A DNA stretch of 63,395 nucleotides, counting the filler. It is 5 parts of 5 records of this genome, joined end to end, with 100 filler letters (N's around TTAATTAATTAA, not from the genome) between each part and the next. Parts side by side here need not be neighbours in the genome. Positions count along the whole stretch, not along the records: positions 1 to 16,427 come from SRR31156797_3255; 4 more parts are not named here. The stretch is one strand, 5' to 3'. The notes under the pieces are model-generated. The model made no database searches. It had not been told where the DNA came from and saw nothing but the letters and a program-made list of their open reading frames with translations. Position numbers and translations under genes: made by a program. Of this stretch, positions 1 to 8,342 are shown one piece after another (position 1 is the stretch's first letter; every line of letters begins with the position of its first letter).

Positions 1-679
1 TTTTCTTTTTCACCATCTCTGTAGCACTTAGTCCTTTTTCAAATAAAGAACCAGTTGGACAAACCTGAACACATTTTCCACAACTTGTGCAGCTTTCACT
101 ATCTGCCCAAGGTTCATCCATATCATGAATTATTTTAGCATCAATTCCTCTTCCAAAAATATCAAGGGCATGGGCTCCTTCAACTTCATCACAAACTCTC
201 ACACATCTAGTACAAAGAATACATCTATTTGGGTCATATACATAGTCTTTATGGGAAGCATCAATATCAAAGTGTTTATGGATATAAGGAACATGACTAT
301 GTTCAAGTCCTAGTTCTATTGCTTGGTTTTGAAGTTCACAGTGACCATTTGAAACACAAACACTACAAGTGTGAGTTCTTTCTGCAAATATCATTGATAA
401 AACCATTTTTCTATGGCTTTGAAGTTTTAGTGAGTTTGTTATAACTTCCATTCCCTCTTTTATTTTTGTAGTACATGAAGGAACTAGATTTTTACTACCT
501 TTTACTTCAACCAAACACATTCTACAGGCTCCAACACTTGTAAGTCCTTCTAGATAACATAAAGTAGGGATTTTTATTCCGTGCTCACTTGCCACTTCAT
601 AAATTGTTGCATCTGACCTTCCTGTAACATCTATATCATCTATTTTAAAGGTTTTAACTCTAACTTTATCTTTAAGCAT
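1..679 (-). CDS. hoxU: Bidirectional NAD-linked [NiFe]-hydrogenase diaphorase Fe-S subunit HoxU (runs off window start)
   Basis: Manual translation from ATG at 679: MLKDKVRVKTFKIDDIDVTG...IPTLCYLEGLTSVGACRMCLVEV...HTCSVCVSNGHCELQ...RCILCTRCVRVCDEVEGAH...CTSCGKCVQVCPTG; directly downstream of hoxEF. Confidence 0.88.
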   Translation of the reverse strand, partial: MLKDKVRVKTFKIDDIDVTGRSDATIYEVASEHGIKIPTLCYLEGLTSVGACRMCLVEVKGSKNLVPSCTTKIKEGMEVITNSLKLQSHRKMVLSMIFAERTHTCSVCVSNGHCELQNQAIELGLEHSHVPYIHKHFDIDASHKDYVYDPNRCILCTRCVRVCDEVEGAHALDIFGRGIDAKIIHDMDEPWADSESCTSCGKCVQVCPTGSLFEKGLSATEMVKKK

Positions 680-2291
680 CTTTAATCCCTTCTAAGTATT
701 CATTTTCAAAATATTTTATTGTACTTAGTACTGGATTTGGTGCTGTTTGACCCAAGCCACATAACGAACTATCTTGTACAACTTCACATAAATCTTTTAG
801 TAAAGAATAATCACTTCTAGTAGCTTCTTTTGCAATAAATTTATCTAGAAGTGAAGTTAATTCGGCAGTTCCTACTCTACAAGGTACACATTTTCCACAA
901 GATTCACTTTGACAAAAGTCCATAAAAAATCTTGCAACTTCAACCATATTAGAGTTTTCATCCATCACAATAAGTCCACCACTTCCCATAATAGAACCAA
1001 TAGATTTTAAAGACTCATAATCAACAGAAATATCAAGCAACTCTTCAGGAATACATCCACCACTAGGACCTCCTGTTTGTATAGCTTTTAGTTTTGTACC
1101 CTTAGTTAGTCCACCACCAACTTCATATATAAGTTCTCTAAGAGTTATTCCCATTGGAACTTCTACTAAACCAGTATTCTTTATATGTCCTGTTAGGGCA
1201 AATACTTTTGTTCCTGGAGATTTTTGGGTTCCTATACTTTTAAACCATTCCCCACCATTTCTAATTATTGGTGCAATATTTGCAAAGGTTTCTACATTAT
1301 TTAAAACTGTTGGTGATTTCCACAATCCATAATCACTTAAATGTGGAGGTTTTTGTCTTGGGTTTCCTCTGTTTCCTTCAATTGAAGTAACTAAAGCAGT
1401 AGCTTCACCACAAACAAAAGCTCCTCCACCAAGTCTAACTTCTAAATCGAAGCTAAAGCCACTTTCCGCAATTTGGTTTCCTAATATCCCTTTGTTTCTT
1501 GCTTGTTTAATAGCTTTATTTAGTTTTTGAACTGCAATTGGATATTCGGCTCTTACATAAATAAAACCTTTGCTTGCTCCACATGCATATCCTGCAAGTG
1601 TCATCCCTTCAATTATTTTATGTGGGTCTGCTTCCATAATTGCTCTATCCATAAAAGCACCAGGGTCACCCTCATCACCATTACAAATAATATATTTTTG
1701 TTCAGCATCAACTTTTGATACAGATTCCCACTTTAATCCAGTAGGGTAACCTCCACCACCTCTACCTCTTAAACCTGAAGTTTTAACCTCATTTAGTACA
1801 TCTTGTGCAGTCATATCATCAAGGGCTTTGTAAAGAGCTTGATAACCATCATAAGCGATATAATCATCAATATCATCGGGGTCTACTATTCCTGCATTTT
1901 CTAATACAATCTTTTTTTGTTTTTTGAAAAAGGCTTGTGAAGTATCGCATTTTTTATCTGCTATTGGAGTTTTTGTGTTTAAAGTTTCAATAAAATCCTC
2001 AGAGTTAGTAGATGAGATTTTACTATAGATAGATGTTCTATTGGTATCTTTATGGTAGTGTGCGACCATAATTCCTTCTGAACATAAACCACTGCACCCA
2101 ACGCCTTTTACTTTACATCTACTTTCTAACTTATTATCTTTTACATCTTTTTTTAGAGTTTTTAATAAATCCTCAGAGTTTAGAGAACAGCATCCACTTC
2201 CTACACAAACTCTTAACTCTTCATGGGAATTTCTTTTTAAGTCTCTTTTCTCTTGGGCTAGTTTTTGTAAGTCTTCCAGTGAATCAATCAT
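672..2291 (-). CDS. hoxF: Diaphorase flavoprotein subunit HoxF (NuoF-like, with N-terminal thioredoxin-like 2Fe-2S domain)
   Basis: SGLRGRGGGGYPTG, CNGDEGDPGAFMDR, GAFVCGEATAL, ESCGKCVPCRVG motifs; N-terminal CVGSGC..GCSGLCSEG. Confidence 0.88.
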   Translation of the reverse strand: MIDSLEDLQKLAQEKRDLKRNSHEELRVCVGSGCCSLNSEDLLKTLKKDVKDNKLESRCKVKGVGCSGLCSEGIMVAHYHKDTNRTSIYSKISSTNSEDFIETLNTKTPIADKKCDTSQAFFKKQKKIVLENAGIVDPDDIDDYIAYDGYQALYKALDDMTAQDVLNEVKTSGLRGRGGGGYPTGLKWESVSKVDAEQKYIICNGDEGDPGAFMDRAIMEADPHKIIEGMTLAGYACGASKGFIYVRAEYPIAVQKLNKAIKQARNKGILGNQIAESGFSFDLEVRLGGGAFVCGEATALVTSIEGNRGNPRQKPPHLSDYGLWKSPTVLNNVETFANIAPIIRNGGEWFKSIGTQKSPGTKVFALTGHIKNTGLVEVPMGITLRELIYEVGGGLTKGTKLKAIQTGGPSGGCIPEELLDISVDYESLKSIGSIMGSGGLIVMDENSNMVEVARFFMDFCQSESCGKCVPCRVGTAELTSLLDKFIAKEATRSDYSLLKDLCEVVQDSSLCGLGQTAPNPVLSTIKYFENEYLEGIKDA

Positions 2292-2767
2292 TTTATCAAC
2301 TCCTCTGCTTGGGCAACTGCATCATCAATCTCTAGGTGTCCAACAGTTTTATCATCATATATAGCAATTGGTGCAAGGGAACAGGCACCAACACATCTTG
2401 CACTTATTAAAGATATGAGGTTGTCTTTTGTTGTTTCACCAGCTTTTATTTTAAATCTATTTTCTATTTTTTCAAGTATTTTATTTGCATTTTTAATATA
2501 ACAGGCTGTACCCATACATACAACAATAGTATGTTCCCCTTTTGGTTTTAATCTAAAATAGTGATAAAAAGTTGCCACTCCAAAAACTTTTGAATATGGA
2601 AGTTTTAATCTTCGAGCAATAAATTTAAGGGTTTCATTTTCTAAATAACCAAAACTTTCTTGGGCAATATGTAAAGCTTCAATCAAGGCACTTCTGTCAT
2701 AATTTAACTTCTTCATTGTCTTTTCAACCATTTTGTATCGGGAATCATTGGGAACTGTAGCTATCAA
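2288..2767 (-). CDS. hoxE: HoxE (NuoE-like 2Fe-2S subunit)
   Basis: VATFYHYF, VCMGTACYIK, RCVGACSLAP; TTG start with AAGGA SD. Confidence 0.85.
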   Translation of the reverse strand: MIATVPNDSRYKMVEKTMKKLNYDRSALIEALHIAQESFGYLENETLKFIARRLKLPYSKVFGVATFYHYFRLKPKGEHTIVVCMGTACYIKNANKILEKIENRFKIKAGETTKDNLISLISARCVGACSLAPIAIYDDKTVGHLEIDDAVAQAEELIK

Positions 2768-3003
2768 AATAGATCCTTTGTAGGTTTTTATAATTATAGT
2801 AAGATTTAGTTACAAAATATCACTAATTTGTTTATTTATTATAAAATAACTACTTTAAAAAATAATAAAATAAAGAAGATTATAAAAGTAAGGAATAAAA
2901 TAAAATGAAAATATTATAAGTAAAATTTATATTAAATTAAGTAGTTTTTTAAGTATTTAGGGGTATTATTATTTTGATTAATTTCATGCATATCAAAAGA
3001 GTA

Positions 3004-3231
3004 TCATAAGAGATTTTTATGATACTCTTTTTTTTGTATTCTCAATATTGCGATATCCCAAACAATGTTTATTAATAGTCCTATAATTAGTGCGTATAAA
3101 ACATTAACACCAAAAATATCTCTATTTTTCAAAGTATTTAAAATGATAACACAAAGGGGCATACTCCAAATAAAAAAACTTTGGGCGATATGAATAACAA
3201 CAGGTTTCATTAAAGTAATTGCAGCAGCCAT
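3004..3231 (-). CDS. Small hydrophobic (two-TM) hypothetical protein downstream of c-di-GMP riboswitch
   Basis: 75-aa ORF, strong AAGGAG SD, two hydrophobic segments. Confidence 0.6.
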   Translation of the reverse strand: MAAAITLMKPVVIHIAQSFFIWSMPLCVIILNTLKNRDIFGVNVLYALIIGLLINIVWDIAILRIQKKEYHKNLL

Positions 3232-3280
3232 AATAATCTCCTTTTATAGGAGTCTCTTTGTTTAATTAGAATATTTTAAG

Positions 3281-3352
3281 TGGGTGCAACCCGACTATCT
3301 ACTTGAGACTCGTGGCTTTCCGTCCCTAAATCACTTTAGGTTTGGCAAAATA
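3281..3352 (-). ncRNA. c-di-GMP-I (GEMM) riboswitch
   Basis: Minus strand GCCAAACCTAAA-GTGA-TTTAGGGACGGAAAGCCACGAGTCTCAAGTAGATAGTCGGGTTGCA matches GEMM consensus (P2 with GYRA loop, GGGAC..AAAG junction, P3 ending GGGTTGC); equivalents of G20, A47 and C92 are present. Confidence 0.88.
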
Positions 3353-3417
3353 ATTATAATCTTATCATAAAAAATTATTTTTGTAAAGTAGTTTACTATT
3401 TTAAGGTGAGTATGGAA

Positions 3418-3693
3418 TTATTTTATATATTTTGTATAAAAATAAATGTGAGGACATTTCTCTTTTATAGTTGAGAGTGTAAATTTCATTTTTTCTAGAA
3501 CAAAATTACAACTTTGTATATTTTCTTCTGTGGGATTTGATATTATCAGTCCTGTACAAAGGGCATAGGTATCATTTAATACATCAATTTCATAAGTTAA
3601 AGAATAATATGTAATCAATTCGCCTTTCATCTTATAGTGTAGATAGTTTGATGAAATAATAGTCAGAGCAACAATTGAAAAAATAAAAATCAA
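3418..3693 (-). CDS. Hypothetical membrane-anchored/exported protein with Cys residues
   Basis: 91-aa ORF, N-terminal hydrophobic stretch; start uncertain. Confidence 0.5.
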   Translation of the reverse strand: MIFIFSIVALTIISSNYLHYKMKGELITYYSLTYEIDVLNDTYALCTGLIISNPTEENIQSCNFVLEKMKFTLSTIKEKCPHIYFYTKYIK

Positions 3694-3992
3694 TCCAATT
3701 TTAAATTTTTTGTTTATAACTTACCCTTTAAAATATAATACTTTTAATTTATCAGAAATGTCATAATAAAGTGCTGATTATGAAATAATAGAAAACAATA
3801 ATAATATAAATATTTAAAGACATTAAATAAATAAGAAAATAAAAAAAATTTTGATTTCATATTATTATTTACAATAGAAGTAGATAAATAATAATTGTAT
3901 AGTTTATTTAAACAGTCAATTATTAAATGCAGTTTAATAAAATATTAGCTTCTAATGAGTATAATAATTTTATTTTTTATTAAAGGGCATTT

Positions 3993-5297
3993 ATGGTAAA
4001 ACAATTTTTATTTTCTATTTCTACAGTAGCCATAATTTTTTCAGGGTGTACGCCTGCAAATAATAGAATAGACACTTCTACACTAACTGAATTACAAAAA
4101 CAACAATTATATAAAACATCTTTACACGAGGCAGTAAGGATTAATGATTTAGAAAAAGTTAAAGAGATATTAGCTGAAGGAAAAGATATTAATAGTAAAG
4201 ATAGGTTTGGTTATACCCCTTTACATCTTGCAGCAAGATTTAATCACTATGATATTGCAAACTATTTAATAGAACACGGTGCAGAAGTAAACTCAAAAGA
4301 TAAATATGGAGATTCTGCATTAATAGATACTACAAGAAATGGATATACAAACTTATCTAAACTTCTAATTTGTAATGGAGCAAAAAGGGATATTTTAGAT
4401 AAGTATGGAATGTCTGCATTACATTATGCTTCAAAAGTAAATGATGTTTTAATAGCAAAAATTCTAAGAGCAAAAGATATTGAACCTTTATGTAATAATA
4501 CTGCAAAAAAACAAGTTCAAAACAAAGAACAGTTTTATAATTTAATCACAATAGACGACTATAATGTTATTAATTCAGCTTCACCAAAAATTTGTGGAGA
4601 TATTCTTGATTTAGATGTGAGACAGGTACAAATAACTTTTGATGGAGGAAGAACAGTTACAAATGCAAAGTTAGATGACAAGAGATGGTGTGCAATCCCT
4701 TCTGAAAAAATCAAAAATGGAAATTATAATGTAATGGCCATGGCAATCAACTCTGCTAGACAAAAGGGTTTAGTAAAAGATGACTTAATCATAAAAGTTG
4801 AAAATATGTTGAGTAATACTTTAAAAAAAGAGTTTGAGAATGATTTAGAAAAATGGAATGCACAGTTTGACGAAGAGAGTTTAACAATAAGATTTAAAAA
4901 TCCTTCTGCTTTATTTGAAAGGGGAAGTATAAAAATCCAAGATAGATTTAAAAATATTCTAGATAGTTTTCTTCCAAGATATATAAATATTTTAAAAGAC
5001 TATAAGTCAAAAATATCAAGTGTACATATTGAAGGACACACTTCTTCAAGATATCGTTCAGCTTCAACTGATGAAGAAAAATTTGAGAAAAATAAAGTTC
5101 TTTCTCAAAAAAGAGCAGATTTAATTCTTAAATATCTAAACGAAAATAATGACCCTTTAATCTCAGAAAACTTGAACTTTATAAAAGAAAAATTCATTGC
5201 AATAGGAAAATCTTCTTCTGAACTAATTTACAAAGAAGATGGAAGTGAAGATTATGATTTATCTAGACGAGTTGAATTTAAGATAGAAAGTAAATAA
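3993..5297 (+). CDS. Lipoprotein: ankyrin repeats + Ig-like domain + OmpA/MotB-type peptidoglycan-binding domain
   Basis: Lipobox FSGC; GYTPLHLAA, GMSALHYAS ankyrin motifs; C-terminal IEGHTSS...LSQKRA...SRRVEF. Confidence 0.85.
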   Translation: MVKQFLFSISTVAIIFSGCTPANNRIDTSTLTELQKQQLYKTSLHEAVRINDLEKVKEILAEGKDINSKDRFGYTPLHLAARFNHYDIANYLIEHGAEVNSKDKYGDSALIDTTRNGYTNLSKLLICNGAKRDILDKYGMSALHYASKVNDVLIAKILRAKDIEPLCNNTAKKQVQNKEQFYNLITIDDYNVINSASPKICGDILDLDVRQVQITFDGGRTVTNAKLDDKRWCAIPSEKIKNGNYNVMAMAINSARQKGLVKDDLIIKVENMLSNTLKKEFENDLEKWNAQFDEESLTIRFKNPSALFERGSIKIQDRFKNILDSFLPRYINILKDYKSKISSVHIEGHTSSRYRSASTDEEKFEKNKVLSQKRADLILKYLNENNDPLISENLNFIKEKFIAIGKSSSELIYKEDGSEDYDLSRRVEFKIESK

Positions 5298-5303
5298 ACT
5301 ACT

Positions 5304-8300
5304 GTGGATAAAATTCAAAATATAATAAAAAGTATTAGAGAAGACCTTTGTGGTAATAAAGACTTTTCTCTATCTTTAAAAGATTTTATTGATTATAATC
5401 CAAATATTTCACAAACATATATAACTCTTTTTCAAGAGGGTGTTAAACCTATTAGGTGGGGTTCTAAAAAACAAACTTTAGAAGAGACTATCAAAAGAGA
5501 TATCTATAAACTAAAAAGTCATTCAAGATTTTCCTCTTTTGATGTAGAAGATAATAAAAAGTGTAGAATTCTTTTTGAGATGGTAACTGATGAAAAGCCA
5601 TGCAACATAAGAAACCTAACAAGTATTAAAATGCACTCTTCAAATAGATTTGAACCAGGAGTTACAGGATTAAAGTATACCTATGAAGGCATAACAAGAT
5701 TTTTTATGCCGACAGATGGGTATATCAAATCAATAATGAATGTAAAACAACTATTAAATTTCTTATCTAAACAGTGTGGCATAGCTAAAAAAACAAATCA
5801 AATTAGTGAACGAGCAAACTTGATGCGTAGAGAAGCTATTAAATACACTGCTTTAGAGTCAATTGCATATATAAGTTATGAAAATGAAGCATATAAGTTA
5901 GAAAGAGGATATCCTGTTCCTTTAGAGTTTTCAAAACAAATTGTTGAAGACAAACTTTTTAAAAGTCTTGATTGGCTCATAAATAATATGAATGATGATG
6001 GAAGTTTTTTATACTTTTATGACCCTTATGAAGATTCAGTAGTTGATTATCTTCATCCAGATATGAAAAACCCTTTATATAACAATATTCTAAGACATAG
6101 TGGTGGAACAATATCATTACTTAGAGGATACGAACTAAGTAAAAATAAAATCTATTTAGAAAGTGCAAAAAAATCTATTGATTTTTTTATATCAACTTTT
6201 AAAGAACACACTTATAAAAATGACTATGCTTGTTTCCCATTTTTTAACAAAAAATCAAAACTAGGTGGTGCAGGGATTGGTTTAGTTGCAATGATGCACT
6301 ACTATATTCACACACAAGATGAAAAGTATAGAAAATATTTAGATGGACTAGTAAGACATATCTTAAGTAGAGTTGATGAGCAAGGTGAGATGATAGGTTA
6401 CTACATACATCCAAAATTTAACAATGGAAATCCTATTATTAATCCAAGTGATGAAGTAAAAAAAGAGTTATTTTCTTTTTATTATCCAGGAGAAGCCTTA
6501 TTAGGACTTGCTTTATATTATTTAAATATAAAAAACTTAGATGAAAGCTTAAAAAAAGATATTCTATCAAAAAGTGAAAAAGCATTAGATTTTTTAGTTG
6601 ACGTTCGACCTACAAAGTATAGTTATATGTTTAAGTCTTTGCCTTCAGACGCTTGGCTTATGCAAGCAATAGAAGAATGGGTAAAAGTAGAAGGACTAAA
6701 GAAACAAAGTTATATAGATTTTGTTTTTGATGATACAAAGCAGATGTTAAGACATATGTATAGAGATGAAAATACACTAGATGTAAACAAAGACTACATT
6801 GGTGGTTTTTATTATAACTATGGAGATCATGTATATCATGACGCATCAAGATGTGAAGGTGTTATTAGTGCATACTATTTAGCAAAATATTTAAATGATG
6901 AAGAAAAAGCAAGTTGGATAATGAACAGTATGATGTTAAGTGCAAAAGGTTTAATGAAAACTTTTCACGATGAGAAATCGAACTATTGTCATATAAATCC
7001 TAAAAAAGCATTACATAGCTTTAGGTTTAAACTAACTAGACAATGGGTTAGAGTAGATTCTGTTCAACATGCAGCTTGCTTTTTTTCTAGACTTTTACCA
7101 ATATATTCTGAGTGCGAGAAAGCATTAGAAAATTACTCATTGATTTGTGGAAAATACCAAATATTAGAAGAGATAGATAAAGCAGGTTATAGCACTGTAT
7201 ATAAAGTTGAAGATATATATTCAAAAAAAGTTTATGCTTTAAAACATATAACCCATCCAAGATTTATGCAACTTGTAGAAAATGAACAAAAAGCCTTAGA
7301 AATAGTAAATGAACACTTACCTTTGAAGTTCTATGAAAAACTTGTTTCTGGAGGAAATGTATATTTTCTATTTGATTATGCAAAAGGAAAAAACCTAAAA
7401 AAACAAGTTGAAACAAAGGGTGCTTTTAGCCAAGATGAGGTAGAAAAATTTACTTTTGATATATTAAATACTTTAGAGTTTATAGCAGAGAAAAAACTTT
7501 TACATCTAGATTTAAAACCTGCAAATATTTTAAAGTATAAAGATTCTTATGCTTTGATGGATTGGGGAACTTCTCAAAGGATTTGGGTAAGTAATTCTGT
7601 TCACTTAAAAGGAAACCCTATTTATATAGCTCCTGAATACTATTTTGGAAAAAGAAATATTAAAAGTGAGTTATACTCTTTAGGATGTTCTATATATTTT
7701 CTTTTAGTTGGAAAACATATTTTTGGTTTACGAAAAAGAGATAATCTAGCAAAAAAAGTCTATCTACATCTTTATATAAAACCCGATTTATCGCAAATAA
7801 AATCAAAAAAAATGAGATATTTACTTTATAGACTTTTAGATAAAAACCCTTTTACTAGAGCAAACTTTGATGAAGTTAAACAGATACTAAAAGGTAAATA
7901 TGAAGATTTTGAGTACAAACAAGAAAAGATTTTAATTGACCTAAACGATGAGTATAAACTTTATGAAAGAATGGCAAACGATTCAGTTGCTTTTGCGCAA
8001 AATAAATATGCAAGATATTTTTTAGAAAAAGATAAAAATACTGCAATGTTATGGTTAGAAAAAGCTTCACAAGCTTCATATTCTATTGCACAAAATAAAT
8101 TAGCCTATATATATTTTACAGATAAAAAAGATTTAAATAAATCATTTTATTGGTTTAAAAAAGCAGCATTAGATGAACACGATATGGCATTGTATTATAT
8201 GGGTGTTTTTTATGAAAATGGGTATGTTGTTGAAAAAAATAAAGATATAGCAATCAAATACTATAAAAGCTCTGCAAATAAAGGTTATATACCTGCTTAT

Positions 8301-8342
8301 GAAAGATTGAATCAATTAGGAATTTATAATGAGTTCTTCTAA
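5304..8342 (+). CDS. Four-domain protein: AMMECR1-like + (alpha/alpha) toroid + Hanks-type Ser/Thr kinase + Sel1 repeats
   Basis: FEPGVTGL..FFMPTD (AMMECR1-like); DGSFLYFYDP..YNNILRHSG..KLGGAGIGL..YYPGEALLGL..RVDSVQH (toroid); ALKH, HLDLKPANIL, DWG, YIAPE (kinase); WFKKAA, YYMGVFYENGYVVEKN (Sel1). GTG start. Confidence 0.75.
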   Translation: MDKIQNIIKSIREDLCGNKDFSLSLKDFIDYNPNISQTYITLFQEGVKPIRWGSKKQTLEETIKRDIYKLKSHSRFSSFDVEDNKKCRILFEMVTDEKPCNIRNLTSIKMHSSNRFEPGVTGLKYTYEGITRFFMPTDGYIKSIMNVKQLLNFLSKQCGIAKKTNQISERANLMRREAIKYTALESIAYISYENEAYKLERGYPVPLEFSKQIVEDKLFKSLDWLINNMNDDGSFLYFYDPYEDSVVDYLHPDMKNPLYNNILRHSGGTISLLRGYELSKNKIYLESAKKSIDFFISTFKEHTYKNDYACFPFFNKKSKLGGAGIGLVAMMHYYIHTQDEKYRKYLDGLVRHILSRVDEQGEMIGYYIHPKFNNGNPIINPSDEVKKELFSFYYPGEALLGLALYYLNIKNLDESLKKDILSKSEKALDFLVDVRPTKYSYMFKSLPSDAWLMQAIEEWVKVEGLKKQSYIDFVFDDTKQMLRHMYRDENTLDVNKDYIGGFYYNYGDHVYHDASRCEGVISAYYLAKYLNDEEKASWIMNSMMLSAKGLMKTFHDEKSNYCHINPKKALHSFRFKLTRQWVRVDSVQHAACFFSRLLPIYSECEKALENYSLICGKYQILEEIDKAGYSTVYKVEDIYSKKVYALKHITHPRFMQLVENEQKALEIVNEHLPLKFYEKLVSGGNVYFLFDYAKGKNLKKQVETKGAFSQDEVEKFTFDILNTLEFIAEKKLLHLDLKPANILKYKDSYALMDWGTSQRIWVSNSVHLKGNPIYIAPEYYFGKRNIKSELYSLGCSIYFLLVGKHIFGLRKRDNLAKKVYLHLYIKPDLSQIKSKKMRYLLYRLLDKNPFTRANFDEVKQILKGKYEDFEYKQEKILIDLNDEYKLYERMANDSVAFAQNKYARYFLEKDKNTAMLWLEKASQASYSIAQNKLAYIYFTDKKDLNKSFYWFKKAALDEHDMALYYMGVFYENGYVVEKNKDIAIKYYKSSANKGYIPAYERLNQLGIYNEFF

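Noticed and set aside
672-2767. Complex I nuoEF
   Set aside because: The neighbouring gene is a short HoxU type, HoxF has an N-terminal thioredoxin-like domain, and no other nuo genes are upstream
3993-5297. Zorya anti-phage system
   Set aside because: Only a ZorB-like domain is present; no zorA, zorC/D/E or TM helix
5304-8342. Class III/IV lanthipeptide synthetase (kinase + LanC-like toroid)
   Set aside because: Domain order differs from lyase-kinase-cyclase, no lyase motifs are recognisable, and no precursor peptide or transporter is nearby
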